A stretch of 64,000 bases of DNA, taken from an uncultured Gammaproteobacteria bacterium (GTDB lineage Bacteria; Patescibacteriota; Microgenomatia; Levybacterales; GWA1-39-11). Both the position numbers and the translations under genes were made by a program. Below the pieces are notes generated by a model. The model saw only the letters and a list, made by a program, of their open reading frames with translations. It made no database searches and was not told the origin of the DNA. The stretch covers positions 18,315 through 82,314 of the forward strand of contig CAYMYC010000003.1 of NCBI GenBank assembly GCA_964394645.1. The letters run 5' to 3'. This document shows, in pieces, positions 10,010-19,564 of the stretch; position 1 is the first letter of the stretch, and every line of letters begins with the position of its first letter.

Positions 10010-10049
10010 AATTAATATTACAAGAAAGTAAGTTTTAGATCAAATAAAA

Positions 10050-11777
10050 TTAATGTATCAGATAGGTGCTACAGAACGCAGGATTAGATAGTTTTTCAAC
10101 TCCAAATTCTGGTATTTTCAAATTTTGAATATAAGTTCCAAATTCTACGTTTTTACAAATTGTGTCATGATAGATAAGGTATAGTCCTCCACTATCCTTG
10201 AGTTGTGGTAAGAGAATGGGAGTTGCATTTTTAAGTTTTATGCCGCAGTTTACGTCAAGTATTATAGTTCCTGTATGATTTTTCCCAGGGATTTTTCCTG
10301 GGCAATTTGAAAATGTTATATTTCCCAATACAAACTTATTAGATTTTAGTGATTTTTGAATGATAGGAAGCGTATTTTTATTCATTGCGTTTCCATAGAA
10401 AAGATATTTTTGATATGAATCATATGGCGCGTTGGTATAAATTGTAACTGCCGTATTTTTTTGCGCGCGATTAGCATAAGAAGAAAGAACTCTTAATTTA
10501 AAGTCAAAATGTCCTTGAATTGGAAATTGAAAAAGGTACAACTGCATAAAATTTAGACAGAGAATTGCGTAGAGCGAGATAATTATGAGTATGGTTACTT
10601 TTTTGAACTTTACATGGTGAATTATAGAGGTTACCCCAAATGCTATACTCATGAATGCGAAAGGAAAGAGGAGTGAGATGTGAGGTGTAAAGTTTCGGGT
10701 TTCAGATCCTTGGAGAAGTTGAGGAAGAAGGGAAAATGCCATGAGGAGACTTAAGATGATAAAAACTTTCTTACGTTTGAAAAACAAAAAAATCATGCCT
10801 AAAAATAGAAATGGAAGATCTAGCACATAAAAAACTCCATGTCGTGGAACAGAGAAAAATAAATCCCCCGTTGAGAAAAGGTAATTAAATGATAGTGTGT
10901 TTAGGAATTTCTCAATAATAATCTTTAAATACAGGACGGGTTTATTTTCAAAGAATGTAAGAAGGGGGTTTGCTATTGAAAGTCGTCTTATGGAATCTAC
11001 CTGTTCTCCTAGTTTCGGGGAAAATGGAGTGAATAAGTCTGTAGATCTGTTTTCTTGATTGGAAATAAAGAGTAAAGAGGCATAAAAAAGAGTAAATAAG
11101 ACAGAAAAAAGAAGAATAAAGATGTAATACTTTTTACTTTTTTTATATTCTTCAGTCGTATATATGTACCATATTGTAGTAAAAATAAACGGTAGGAAAA
11201 AAACTTTTGTCCCAATATACGAATAAAAAGACAGCATCAGGACGGGTATTACGAAAAGTGTTTTTGCCCCTTTAGCATATAATAATAGTAACAGTGATGA
11301 AAGAAAGAAAAAAAGTGCAGGGACTAATTCATAGGATGTTCTTCCAATATATATTTCCCATGGATTTATTGCCATAAAAAATGAAGCAAAAAGTGCAGTT
11401 GAGGTTCCAAGAAGTTTTTTAGTAATAAAGTAGACGAGGGGAATTGTCCCGATACTAAGTAATGCGTATATAATTCTTGCCTGGAATAGCGAGAATGGAA
11501 ATGGGGAAACCGCCAAAGAGATGAAGTAAGGCAGCTCTGCCTGTAGTGCCCCTGGTGGATACTTAAACAGTAGAACCATGATAGGAGTCCATGTATGGGT
11601 AATATCATAGCCTGATAGGAAAACAGACTTTGCGGTAAGAAAGTAGGTTAATTCGTCGCCACCAATAGCGTTTGGCACAAATGGTAAATATAAAAGACGC
11701 AAAAAAGCTCCGATGGAGATGATAAGTGTTACAAGAAAATAAGGTTTCTTTAAATAACTTACAGATTTTCTTGTCAC
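10050..11777 (-). CDS. GT-C superfamily glycosyltransferase (ArnT/PMT-like, GT39/GT83 type), polytopic membrane protein
   Basis: At least 10 predicted TM helices. The first-loop acidic motif GGDELTYF matches the DE/DD motif of ArnT/PMT-type lipid-linked sugar transferases. A large C-terminal soluble domain follows. Confidence 0.7.
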   Translation of the reverse strand: MTRKSVSYLKKPYFLVTLIISIGAFLRLLYLPFVPNAIGGDELTYFLTAKSVFLSGYDITHTWTPIMVLLFKYPPGALQAELPYFISLAVSPFPFSLFQARIIYALLSIGTIPLVYFITKKLLGTSTALFASFFMAINPWEIYIGRTSYELVPALFFFLSSLLLLLYAKGAKTLFVIPVLMLSFYSYIGTKVFFLPFIFTTIWYIYTTEEYKKSKKYYIFILLFSVLFTLFYASLLFISNQENRSTDLFTPFSPKLGEQVDSIRRLSIANPLLTFFENKPVLYLKIIIEKFLNTLSFNYLFSTGDLFFSVPRHGVFYVLDLPFLFLGMIFLFFKRKKVFIILSLLMAFSLLPQLLQGSETRNFTPHISLLFPFAFMSIAFGVTSIIHHVKFKKVTILIIISLYAILCLNFMQLYLFQFPIQGHFDFKLRVLSSYANRAQKNTAVTIYTNAPYDSYQKYLFYGNAMNKNTLPIIQKSLKSNKFVLGNITFSNCPGKIPGKNHTGTIILDVNCGIKLKNATPILLPQLKDSGGLYLIYHDTICKNVEFGTYIQNLKIPEFGVEKLSNPAFCSTYLIH

Positions 11778-11818
11778 ACCTCATCTTACAAGAAAGTATA
11801 AATACGAACAAGCCCTTT

Positions 11819-12082
11819 TTATGCAGTTTTTTTGAAATGCCTTCCGGATTTGCCACGGTTTGGATGTTTTCGTACATACTTAATTACTGCAATATCCTCT
11901 TTGTCTAAACTTTTTCCTTCCATGCCTAATCTCCTAACGATTTTTGAAACCATAGCCCTTGATACTCCTTCTTCTCTTGCCAAATCAGAAACTGCGCCAT
12001 GTACAATTTGGTATTTGGGAAGAGTCCTATCAGATTCTATAACGTCAGTACCGTTTTGAATATTTGAAAATTCTTTACTCAT
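11819..12082 (-). CDS. Small HTH DNA-binding protein
   Basis: An 87-aa ORF. The central stretch DLAREEGVSRAMVSKIVRRLGMEG resembles a winged-helix/HTH. The C-terminus is basic. Confidence 0.45.
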   Translation of the reverse strand: MSKEFSNIQNGTDVIESDRTLPKYQIVHGAVSDLAREEGVSRAMVSKIVRRLGMEGKSLDKEDIAVIKYVRKHPNRGKSGRHFKKTA

Positions 12083-12114
12083 ATTTTACTATGTATATAG
12101 TATTAGTATACATT

Positions 12115-12756
12115 TTAAATATATCCTGAGATAAAATCTTTTCGGTGGTGAGGACAAGGACCATATTCTTTTAGTCTGTCTCTGTGAAGCTTAGTGCCAT
12201 ATCCTTTGTTTTTTTGAAATTCGTAATGAGGAAATTCCTGCGCTAGGTTTTCCATGAATGTATCTCTTTTTACTTTTGCCAAAATGCTTGCAAGAGATAT
12301 TGAAATAGATGTTGCATCTCCATGAATTATATTTTTTTGTTTGTCACTTTTTATTTCTGGAATTAAGAAAGCATCAGTAAGAAAAAAGATATTATGTGTA
12401 TGGTTTTCTGATTTTGCCTTTTTGGAAATATTTGAAAAACCCATTTTATTTGCAAAGCCAACACCATTGTCATTTATTATGGATGGCGAAATAAACTCTA
12501 GGTAAGACGCAAATATATATTCTTGAGTAATTTTTAATATCAATTCTCTTTTTTTCTTTGTAAGTAGTTTTGAGTCATTAACTCCTATCTTTAATATCCA
12601 TTCCTTATCATGCAGGGATAGATTAGGGTTAAGAATTATGCCAGCTACAACAAGTGGACCTGCAAAGCTTCCGCGCCCAACTTCATCTATTCCACAGACT
12701 AGATAGTTATCCTTCCATAGATCCTCCTCAAAACGTAAGTGAGGGTATGATTTCAT
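12115..12756 (-). CDS. rnhB: Ribonuclease HII
   Basis: The N-terminal catalytic motif GIDEVGRGSFAGPLVVAGI is present and the rest is RNase HII-like. I chose the ATG at 12756 (MKSYPHL...); the ORF track's extension to 12804 adds 16 residues that are probably not translated. Confidence 0.85.
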   Translation of the reverse strand: MKSYPHLRFEEDLWKDNYLVCGIDEVGRGSFAGPLVVAGIILNPNLSLHDKEWILKIGVNDSKLLTKKKRELILKITQEYIFASYLEFISPSIINDNGVGFANKMGFSNISKKAKSENHTHNIFFLTDAFLIPEIKSDKQKNIIHGDATSISISLASILAKVKRDTFMENLAQEFPHYEFQKNKGYGTKLHRDRLKEYGPCPHHRKDFISGYI

Positions 12757-12981
12757 AAGATTAGTATACCATGTGAAAAAGTAGAGCCTGTAGGGTAAAT
12801 GCAATTTACAATACGGATATTAAGTGGAGCATGAGTTGTGATCTAAGCAGGATAAAATTTTAAAAATGAACTTATTGCAAAGGTTCTTAGATATAGGAAA
12901 ACCTATCAAAAAGACTGATGTTTTAAATGTTTTATTGCCTCTAACCTTTCCAAATGATATGATTAGGCTAGGAATTTATTT

Positions 12982-13752
12982 ATGTTAACACTTGTATTAC
13001 TTTTGGTGCCTACACTTGCCGTTATTTCAGCGTTGTATCTATATCAACACACCGGAAAAAAGGAAATATTAAAATTTGATTTAGTTCAGTTTGCCTACGC
13101 GTTTGTTATTGCGCCAATCATTTATGTGTGGCTTAAAAGCTTTCTTTTTACTCTTTTAGTTCGGGAGTTAAATCTTCATCTTTCAGTAACTGATATTTTT
13201 ATTGCAGATACGGTATATACAATCTTATTTTTATATTTTTTTGCATTTATTATTATCCATTCACTTACAAAAAGCTTTTCTTTAAAACGTTCGCGTGATC
13301 CGTTTTATGATATTTTTCAGATGTCAGAATTTTTTCATATGATAACATCCCATGTAGTTTTTTATGTTGGGGGTGCAATTCTTTTTACCCTCCTTTCAAC
13401 CATAAATATTTTCTTTCCTGTAACTTCTGCTACAAATAATATGTTATTTTACACCTCTCTTTTCTTAGGTCTCGTATTTGGATTTATAGTATATGTAGGG
13501 TTACTTTTAACTGATGATGATTTTGAAGAAAAATATCCTAGGTTTGAGATGTTTATAGAACTGTTATTTGGTGCGCTATTTATATTAGATGTAGGACTTT
13601 ATTTTTATTTTAGACCGGAATTTGATTTGGGGAGGGTAATGTATTGGGTTTCCCTAATGGCTTTTGCGGGGTTTATAGCAAGTTCACTTTTGATCGAGCG
13701 CTCTCAGAAATTAGTAGCCGTGCTGAAAAGACTTCACTATAAGAAAAAGTAG
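12982..13752 (+). CDS. Polytopic membrane protein, function unknown
   Basis: About 7 hydrophobic helices and no catalytic motif recognised. Confidence 0.5.
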   Translation: MLTLVLLLVPTLAVISALYLYQHTGKKEILKFDLVQFAYAFVIAPIIYVWLKSFLFTLLVRELNLHLSVTDIFIADTVYTILFLYFFAFIIIHSLTKSFSLKRSRDPFYDIFQMSEFFHMITSHVVFYVGGAILFTLLSTINIFFPVTSATNNMLFYTSLFLGLVFGFIVYVGLLLTDDDFEEKYPRFEMFIELLFGALFILDVGLYFYFRPEFDLGRVMYWVSLMAFAGFIASSLLIERSQKLVAVLKRLHYKKK

Positions 13753-13759
13753 GGAGAAC

Positions 13760-14233
13760 CTAATTTACTCGTGTCAGAGTAAATGGAAGACTTTCTGGTA
13801 TTGGATTCCCATTACCATCAAGTTGCCTAATCTGGTTTTGATTGAGAATTTCGTAGAGAGTTTTAGCCCCTCCAACCTTGGGATTTAAAACATACATTTT
13901 TTTAGAAGAATTGTTTTTTAAATTTTTAACTATCCACGTTCCTTTCTCTGTAATACTTGTATCTTTGCCTTCGTATTCCATATGGAGCACATATGTAGGA
14001 GGAGTGTCATGTATGGTAAGTATAGTTTTTATTCCTGTGCAGTCAGCGCATGGTGTAGTACCTGAATATGTTGTAGTTTGAGGGGTAGTAACCTCTGGCA
14101 CTTCCTGCGTTTTCTTAACTACAATAAAAAATAACAGACAGGAGAAAAAGAAAAGGAGAATGAGGAAAGATAGGCGGGTAAATGTGTATTTATTCTTGTA
14201 AACTACTTTATGAGGCTTTTTATTTTTGGGCAT
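13760..14233 (-). CDS. Membrane-anchored NlpE-N-terminal-domain-like protein
   Basis: An N-terminal TM helix is followed by YSGTTPCADCTGIKTIL, which matches the conserved LPCADCxGI CXXC motif of the NlpE/copper-resistance N-terminal domain. Confidence 0.45.
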   Translation of the reverse strand: MPKNKKPHKVVYKNKYTFTRLSFLILLFFFSCLLFFIVVKKTQEVPEVTTPQTTTYSGTTPCADCTGIKTILTIHDTPPTYVLHMEYEGKDTSITEKGTWIVKNLKNNSSKKMYVLNPKVGGAKTLYEILNQNQIRQLDGNGNPIPESLPFTLTRVN

Positions 14234-14333
14234 AAATTAAACATAAAGTATTTTGCAAAAATTGTCAAACGGGATTGTATGACAGTATGGAAATTAAGAG
14301 TACCACTTTAGTGCGGAACCACATGAAATAAGT

Positions 14334-15293
14334 TTATGGAAGAAAAACAGGAGAAAGTTCATCAGCTGTAGATTCATAGATTTTTTCTATATTCCTACCG
14401 TTTGTGTCCATGAGAAAAATATCATAGTTGCCTCCATTATCATTAATAAATATAATTTGTCTTCCGGTAGTGCTGTATGATGGGTCATCACTATTTCCAG
14501 GTAATGAAGTGAGTTTTGTTTTGTTTACTCCATTTTGCTGCATGGTATAAATGCTGTCCTTGCTTTCGGGTCTATCTCTGGAGACATACACAAGGTCATA
14601 TGACCTTGGATTTATAGAAGGATACCAGTCAGGTACAGCGTTCCGGCTTAATCGTGACAAACTTTCTCCGTTCTTGTCAATCATAAAAATTTCATCAGTT
14701 AGGTGATCATTTGTTTTTCTTTGTACAAATATAATATTTCCCTCCATATTTTCTACAGGATCCCATTCTTCAGTTTCCTGCATTTTTTGTGTTAAGTTTT
14801 TTATATCAGATCCGTTCTCATTCATAATAAATATATCTCCCTTTTGGTCATCTTGGGTTGACTTAAAAAGTATATTTTTCCCATCCTTTGTATAGCTTGG
14901 ATCGTAATCATCTGATGTGTTATGGGTGAGTTGTCGTATCTCTCCTGTTGTAAGTGTCATGCGGTATATTTCATTATCTCCATCCCTATCAGAGTAAAAA
15001 ACAATATATTTTCCATTCGGTGACGGTTGGGGATTCATGTCTTGTGCTTTATTATGAGTAAGATTCAGTACATGCTTTGAGAGTAGGTCCATGAGAAAAA
15101 TATCATTATCTCCTGTCATGTTTGACACAAAAAGAATACGTTCTGCCTGCGGCAAAGGACTTACTAATACATTAGTAGTCGTTTTCTTTAGAATTTTTTC
15201 AGGATCCTCTTGCTCAATTAGCGATACTGCTAGGATAAAAAGTAGTACGCCAGTTATAAGGAAAAGTGTGAAAAACACTATCTTTTTTTTCAT
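14334..15293 (-). CDS. TolB-like beta-propeller protein (PD40/WD40-like repeats), N-terminal signal/TM
   Basis: Repeated PD40-like units with ...NxxDDxxPSxSxDGxxI(v/a)FxS... periodicity, for example DDPSYSTTGRQIIFIND, DDYDPSYTKDGKNILFKS and DMNPQPSPNGKYIVFYSDRDG. Confidence 0.65.
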   Translation of the reverse strand: MKKKIVFFTLFLITGVLLFILAVSLIEQEDPEKILKKTTTNVLVSPLPQAERILFVSNMTGDNDIFLMDLLSKHVLNLTHNKAQDMNPQPSPNGKYIVFYSDRDGDNEIYRMTLTTGEIRQLTHNTSDDYDPSYTKDGKNILFKSTQDDQKGDIFIMNENGSDIKNLTQKMQETEEWDPVENMEGNIIFVQRKTNDHLTDEIFMIDKNGESLSRLSRNAVPDWYPSINPRSYDLVYVSRDRPESKDSIYTMQQNGVNKTKLTSLPGNSDDPSYSTTGRQIIFINDNGGNYDIFLMDTNGRNIEKIYESTADELSPVFLP

Positions 15294-15466
15294 AAGCGTA
15301 TATTATAGGGCGATAAGACTCAGAAGTCCAATTATTTACCTCAAAATTTCTTAATTTATGCCTGAAAAGCCTTTAGTTAGTAGTTACTTAAATAGCCTTA
15401 TTGGTTTGCCTTAGAACTACGTTTTATTTAAAGTAGAGGAGGGGCACGAAAAAACCGTACATTTGT

Positions 15467-16213
15467 CTAGAAATCTCCAAGAGATTTTAGAATTTCATGT
15501 GCAACATTGGGAGAGAGAAGATATTCAGGATGCGTATCATACGGTTTATAAGCATCTGGATTTTCTTGTAGTATCCCTTTAGTAAACCGCTTATAATGCT
15601 GAATTTGTGCCTGCATATCTTCACGCTCCTCTTCAAGGCGGGGGGATAAAACAATTGTTAAAAGTTCCTTTGGCCACAATTTTGGATGGGCTAGTATGTG
15701 TGTACCTGTTGGGTCTGTCTTAAAAGATTGCTCTATTTGCCTTTTTTCCTCAGACGTAAGTATTGTATCTGGGTGTTCAGGATGGACAAAGGGAAGTTCT
15801 GCAGAGTTAGTTCCTGTTACGTCATTATTATATCTTGCAGTAAACCTATACAAGGAAAAGCTATTTTCATCTTTTGCCTCATAAAGAGAAAGCGCTATAT
15901 TTCCTAATAGAACCGCTCCTTTATCAGCGTGGTGGTTTTCAATCTTAGTGTTTTTCCTGAAATCGTCTGGGGTAGAGTGTTTTTTCGCTTCCAGCATTTG
16001 TTTTTCATTAATTTCTCCACCTTTCCAACGTGGAACTCCTCTTGTTCCTGCCTCTTTCCATTCATGAGCAAACACTTCTAATTGAGAAAGGGAGTGTGCG
16101 TGACGTTCAAACTCTTCACGTTGCCGTATGGAAAGTGAGGTAGTTAGTGAGGCTTTATCCATATGCATTTTAAGATATCCCCGAATATTACTATCTCTTT
16201 CTAGTTTTTGCAT
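15467..16213 (-). CDS. Hypothetical protein (248 aa)
   Basis: An ORF with no recognised motif. Confidence 0.45.
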   Translation of the reverse strand: MQKLERDSNIRGYLKMHMDKASLTTSLSIRQREEFERHAHSLSQLEVFAHEWKEAGTRGVPRWKGGEINEKQMLEAKKHSTPDDFRKNTKIENHHADKGAVLLGNIALSLYEAKDENSFSLYRFTARYNNDVTGTNSAELPFVHPEHPDTILTSEEKRQIEQSFKTDPTGTHILAHPKLWPKELLTIVLSPRLEEEREDMQAQIQHYKRFTKGILQENPDAYKPYDTHPEYLLSPNVAHEILKSLGDF

Positions 16214-16437
16214 AATAAAAATAAAACCTTAATGCCTTCTACAAGGTACTCCAATTTCCTATTATAGTAATATTTTACGCCTAGAAGTGTTCTACTACAG
16301 TGATCTACCTCACACCTGTGAATATTTAAAAAAGCACTGTTTCGATCCAGACATAAAGTAATTCTGAATCTATAGATTTTGGCAATTAGTAGTTTTTTAT
16401 TAAGTTTAAAGACAAGCTAGTTTTAGAAGTAATAGTA

Positions 16438-17133
16438 TTAATTTATAAAAACGAGTGTTGAAAGCATGTTTTCAATAGTTGGTTGTAAATCATCTGAAAA
16501 ATAAATAAAACTATATCTATATCCGTTTTTGTATGTATAGTAAGAAGGAGCAGTTTTTCCACAATTTCCCGCATCACAAAACGTACTAGATTGAGAGGGT
16601 AAAACGACTTTCCACACATTTCCATTAATTTCCTTTGTTATAGAAGTATGAGTAAATGGTGGCTCATTCTCAGGAGAATCGGCAAGCCTTTCTAAAACAA
16701 AGTTTTTATTATTCATAGTGAATCTCACCGTATTCTGTGTTGCGCTAGCTCCTGGTTTATCCTCATTTGAATCTTCTTGGTAAATGGTTATATTTTGTGG
16801 ATATTGCATAGATATGCCTAATTTTGTAAATGTTTTCAATTCCACTTTTTTTGTAGGTGATCGCACTAGGGAAGTGGGAGCTATTGGTGTAGTTGAGGGA
16901 TTTGAATATGATTTCATCACTTTTTCCTCTACTAATATATACCCACCAATTGTAATAAGAAGTAACATAAATAATATGCAAGCTATTGTAATCATTTTTT
17001 TTCTTCTACTACGCTGAAGCATGGGTTGAATTGGTGAATAAGATTGTGACTCGGGAGGTTTTGTGGGGGATACAGATGATTGTACAGTTTTTTGAATTGA
17101 ATTTTGATTATCCATATAGCTATAGTATTTCAA
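16438..17133 (-). CDS. Hypothetical membrane-anchored protein (231 aa)
   Basis: A single N-proximal TM helix followed by a soluble domain. Confidence 0.45.
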   Translation of the reverse strand: MKYYSYMDNQNSIQKTVQSSVSPTKPPESQSYSPIQPMLQRSRRKKMITIACILFMLLLITIGGYILVEEKVMKSYSNPSTTPIAPTSLVRSPTKKVELKTFTKLGISMQYPQNITIYQEDSNEDKPGASATQNTVRFTMNNKNFVLERLADSPENEPPFTHTSITKEINGNVWKVVLPSQSSTFCDAGNCGKTAPSYYTYKNGYRYSFIYFSDDLQPTIENMLSTLVFIN

Positions 17134-17276
17134 AGAGCTATAGAAGATGTCAATAAAAGCTTGATTTTTGAGACATATTAGCAGGAGTTAGTGTTATGCG
17201 CATTGTGGGACTGTTGGAATAAAAGTGAACGTTATTTACTGATAATATACCAAATTACCCCATGCGAGCATAGAGT

Positions 17277-18035
17277 TTAATCTATGAATTTAAATGAAGT
17301 TAAAATACCCTGATATGCGTCTAAATTTGCAGGATTATGAACCCCTAGGATTGAGATATCATAGCCTTTTCCATTATAAATAGATACTGTTCCATTGTAT
17401 ATATAGCCTCCGGCACCCGGGACCTCTACTGATATTGCTTCAGCGCCCTCAAGTGATGTTTTTTTACTATATTGCTTAGTTAGATCGAAAAGATTTTTGT
17501 CCCCATTAAATAAATAGCGATTTTCTAACCACTGATCTAGATTCATTGCGGGTTGTATATTTGTTGAATAGATAGTTAAAACAGTGTTTTCAGGTTGAGT
17601 TGAGGTGCCACCGTCAGGAATAATCCAATCTGTTTTTTGTAAAGAAACAGAAGCGTTATCAGATTTTGTTACAGTCCAATCTTTGGGATATTGAAAGCTA
17701 AATGATTGTCCCTGAAAGGTTTTAAGTTTGTTATCTGGTGTTGGATCAGGTTCCCTAGTAGAGGAAGGATTTATCGGGGTGGTAATAGCCAGTTTATTTT
17801 CACCTTTTTTCCCAGGTGTTGTATTGTTTTGTTTTCCTAAAAAATAACCTATGCTAGCAGTAACCAATAAAAAAATTAGAATTAAAACACTTACGAAAAG
17901 ATATTTTTTGTGATTACCTACGAGTTTTTGCGGGGGTGATGTGATAGGTGTTTCAAGAGGATGTAGGGGTTGAGTAGGGTTTATAGGTTCCACATATATC
18001 AGTATTTCAAGAATAAGTATTAAAGTCAAGCTCAA
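17277..18035 (-). CDS. Hypothetical membrane-anchored protein (252 aa)
   Basis: A single TM helix followed by a soluble domain. The architecture resembles 16438..17133 and 18810..19421, so these are possibly a paralogous family. Confidence 0.45.
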   Translation of the reverse strand: MSLTLILILEILIYVEPINPTQPLHPLETPITSPPQKLVGNHKKYLFVSVLILIFLLVTASIGYFLGKQNNTTPGKKGENKLAITTPINPSSTREPDPTPDNKLKTFQGQSFSFQYPKDWTVTKSDNASVSLQKTDWIIPDGGTSTQPENTVLTIYSTNIQPAMNLDQWLENRYLFNGDKNLFDLTKQYSKKTSLEGAEAISVEVPGAGGYIYNGTVSIYNGKGYDISILGVHNPANLDAYQGILTSFKFID

Positions 18036-18131
18036 GGGTTGTAGGCATTAAGCAATTTTGTTTAGGTGTATTATTTTATTCAAAAAGTAATGAATATTAA
18101 CAAATATAATATAACATGCTATACATAATGT

Positions 18132-18380
18132 ATGACATATACAGTTTCCATTACTTCTCGGGGTCAAATCAATATACCAGCTAAAATCCGTCGTCAACTC
18201 GGGTTATCTAAAAACAGCAAAGCCATTCTCTCCCTTAATAAGGGAGAGATATCTATAAGACCTGTAAAAGATTTTCTAGAGTTGAGGGGTTCACTAAAAA
18301 CAAATAAAAGACCACTATCTAATGAAAGACTACATGATATGTTTGCTCAGGAAATGTCCAAAGAAGCGGTTGAAGAATGA
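18132..18380 (+). CDS. Antitoxin, AbrB/SpoVT/MazE-fold (VapB-like)
   Basis: The N-terminal swapped-hairpin motif TVSITSRGQINIPAKIRRQLGL is present. The stop overlaps the downstream PIN gene in an ATGA arrangement. Confidence 0.7.
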   Translation: MTYTVSITSRGQINIPAKIRRQLGLSKNSKAILSLNKGEISIRPVKDFLELRGSLKTNKRPLSNERLHDMFAQEMSKEAVEE

Positions 18381-18760
18381 GAAGAATTATAATTGATACA
18401 AATGGTTTTTTGCGAGTACTTCTGGATGATATTCCTGAACAGGCAAATCAAGTAGAATCAGTTTTAAAACGTGCAAGTAAAGGAGAATTAGAAGTTTTTT
18501 TACCTCAAATTATAGTTTTTGAAATAATTTTTGCTTTAGATAAATACTATCGTCTAGATAAAAAAGAATTAATAGATAAGGTAGAGTCCCTAGTTTCGAT
18601 TGGGTATATAGAGGTTGAATCAAAAGAAGTTTTTATTCAATCGCTTGATCTATATAAAAGAAGTAGTATTAGCTTTGTTAATTGCTTTTTGCTAAGTAAA
18701 GCAAGAGATGAAAATGCAGAATTCTTTACATTCGATGAAAAGCTAAAAAAACTTGCTTAA
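18377..18760 (+). CDS. PIN-domain toxin (VapC-like)
   Basis: MRRIIIDTNGFL... carries the first acidic PIN motif. Its ~127-aa size and coupling to the upstream AbrB-fold antitoxin fit a VapBC pair. Confidence 0.7.
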   Translation: MRRIIIDTNGFLRVLLDDIPEQANQVESVLKRASKGELEVFLPQIIVFEIIFALDKYYRLDKKELIDKVESLVSIGYIEVESKEVFIQSLDLYKRSSISFVNCFLLSKARDENAEFFTFDEKLKKLA

Positions 18761-18809
18761 TTTCTTTTTCCACTTGTTTTGCAGCTTTGGTAAAATTTGT
18801 TGGAACGTA

Positions 18810-19421
18810 TTATTTCTTTATGGATACAGTAGACAAAATATCTTTTATCAACTTTTCATCGTAAGGCTGGTTTCTAAATGAGATGTCTAGTCGTAGCGCA
18901 TCTTGTGGAGTTAAATAAATATATATAAAGGCTGGAGTATAATAGAGGTTTTCGTTCAAATATTGTGGATTTTCGGAGCGCATTAATACAACCTTTTTAT
19001 TGTTAATTACTAAATGAGTTATTGTTTGCTTGTTGAGTGCTATCAGTCGTACCAATTTTTCAACTTCAGACTTTGGCTGGACTCCTCCTATTCTAATATC
19101 AACATACTTTTCAGGTAGAGCTTTTGTCTTAGGAATATCCCAATTGGGATTTCTTAGTGTTCTATTGAATTCAGGTAAAACCGTTGGATCGCCACTTCCA
19201 AATTCAGGAGGATACATAAAGGTGTAAAATATTTTGTTGTTGCTAGATTGACTAAATTTTTTACTGTCATATGTTTTCCATCCAGTTGTATTGGGTTTAT
19301 TATTTGAGTTTTTGCTATAGAAAAAGAAAATGCCAGCGGCAATTAGGAGAATCAATAAAATCAATGCTACAGCTTTTGAGAGCGGAGTAATAGTACTGAG
19401 TACGCTTTTCTTCTCTGCCAT
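18810..19421 (-). CDS. Hypothetical membrane-anchored protein (203 aa)
   Basis: An N-terminal TM helix followed by a soluble domain. Confidence 0.45.
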   Translation of the reverse strand: MAEKKSVLSTITPLSKAVALILLILLIAAGIFFFYSKNSNNKPNTTGWKTYDSKKFSQSSNNKIFYTFMYPPEFGSGDPTVLPEFNRTLRNPNWDIPKTKALPEKYVDIRIGGVQPKSEVEKLVRLIALNKQTITHLVINNKKVVLMRSENPQYLNENLYYTPAFIYIYLTPQDALRLDISFRNQPYDEKLIKDILSTVSIKK

Positions 19422-19493
19422 AAAAGAAGTATAGCATAGGTTCTAACCGAAATTCAAAAGTTAGACATGACACTTGAGGCTAGAAAATGTTGC

Positions 19494-19564
19494 AGGGTCG
19501 CAGAGATTCGAACTCTGAAAAGCGGTTTTGGAGACCGCTGTGATACCATTTCACCACAACCCTT
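19494..19564 (-). tRNA. tRNA-Trp (anticodon CCA)
   Basis: The reverse complement folds as AAGGTTG-TG-GTGA-AATGGTA-TCAC-A-GCGGT-CTCCAAA-ACCGC-TTTT-CAGAG-TTCGAAT-CTCTG-CGACCCT-G. The anticodon arm and T-arm are nearly identical to E. coli tRNA-Trp. The acceptor has an A2:C71 mismatch and a U6:G67 wobble by my reading. Confidence 0.75.

Noticed and set aside
12757-12804. N-terminal 16-residue extension of rnhB (ORF track start 12804)
   Set aside because: The conserved RNase HII N-terminus begins at the internal Met (MKSYPHL...), so the extension is probably untranslated, although this is not certain.
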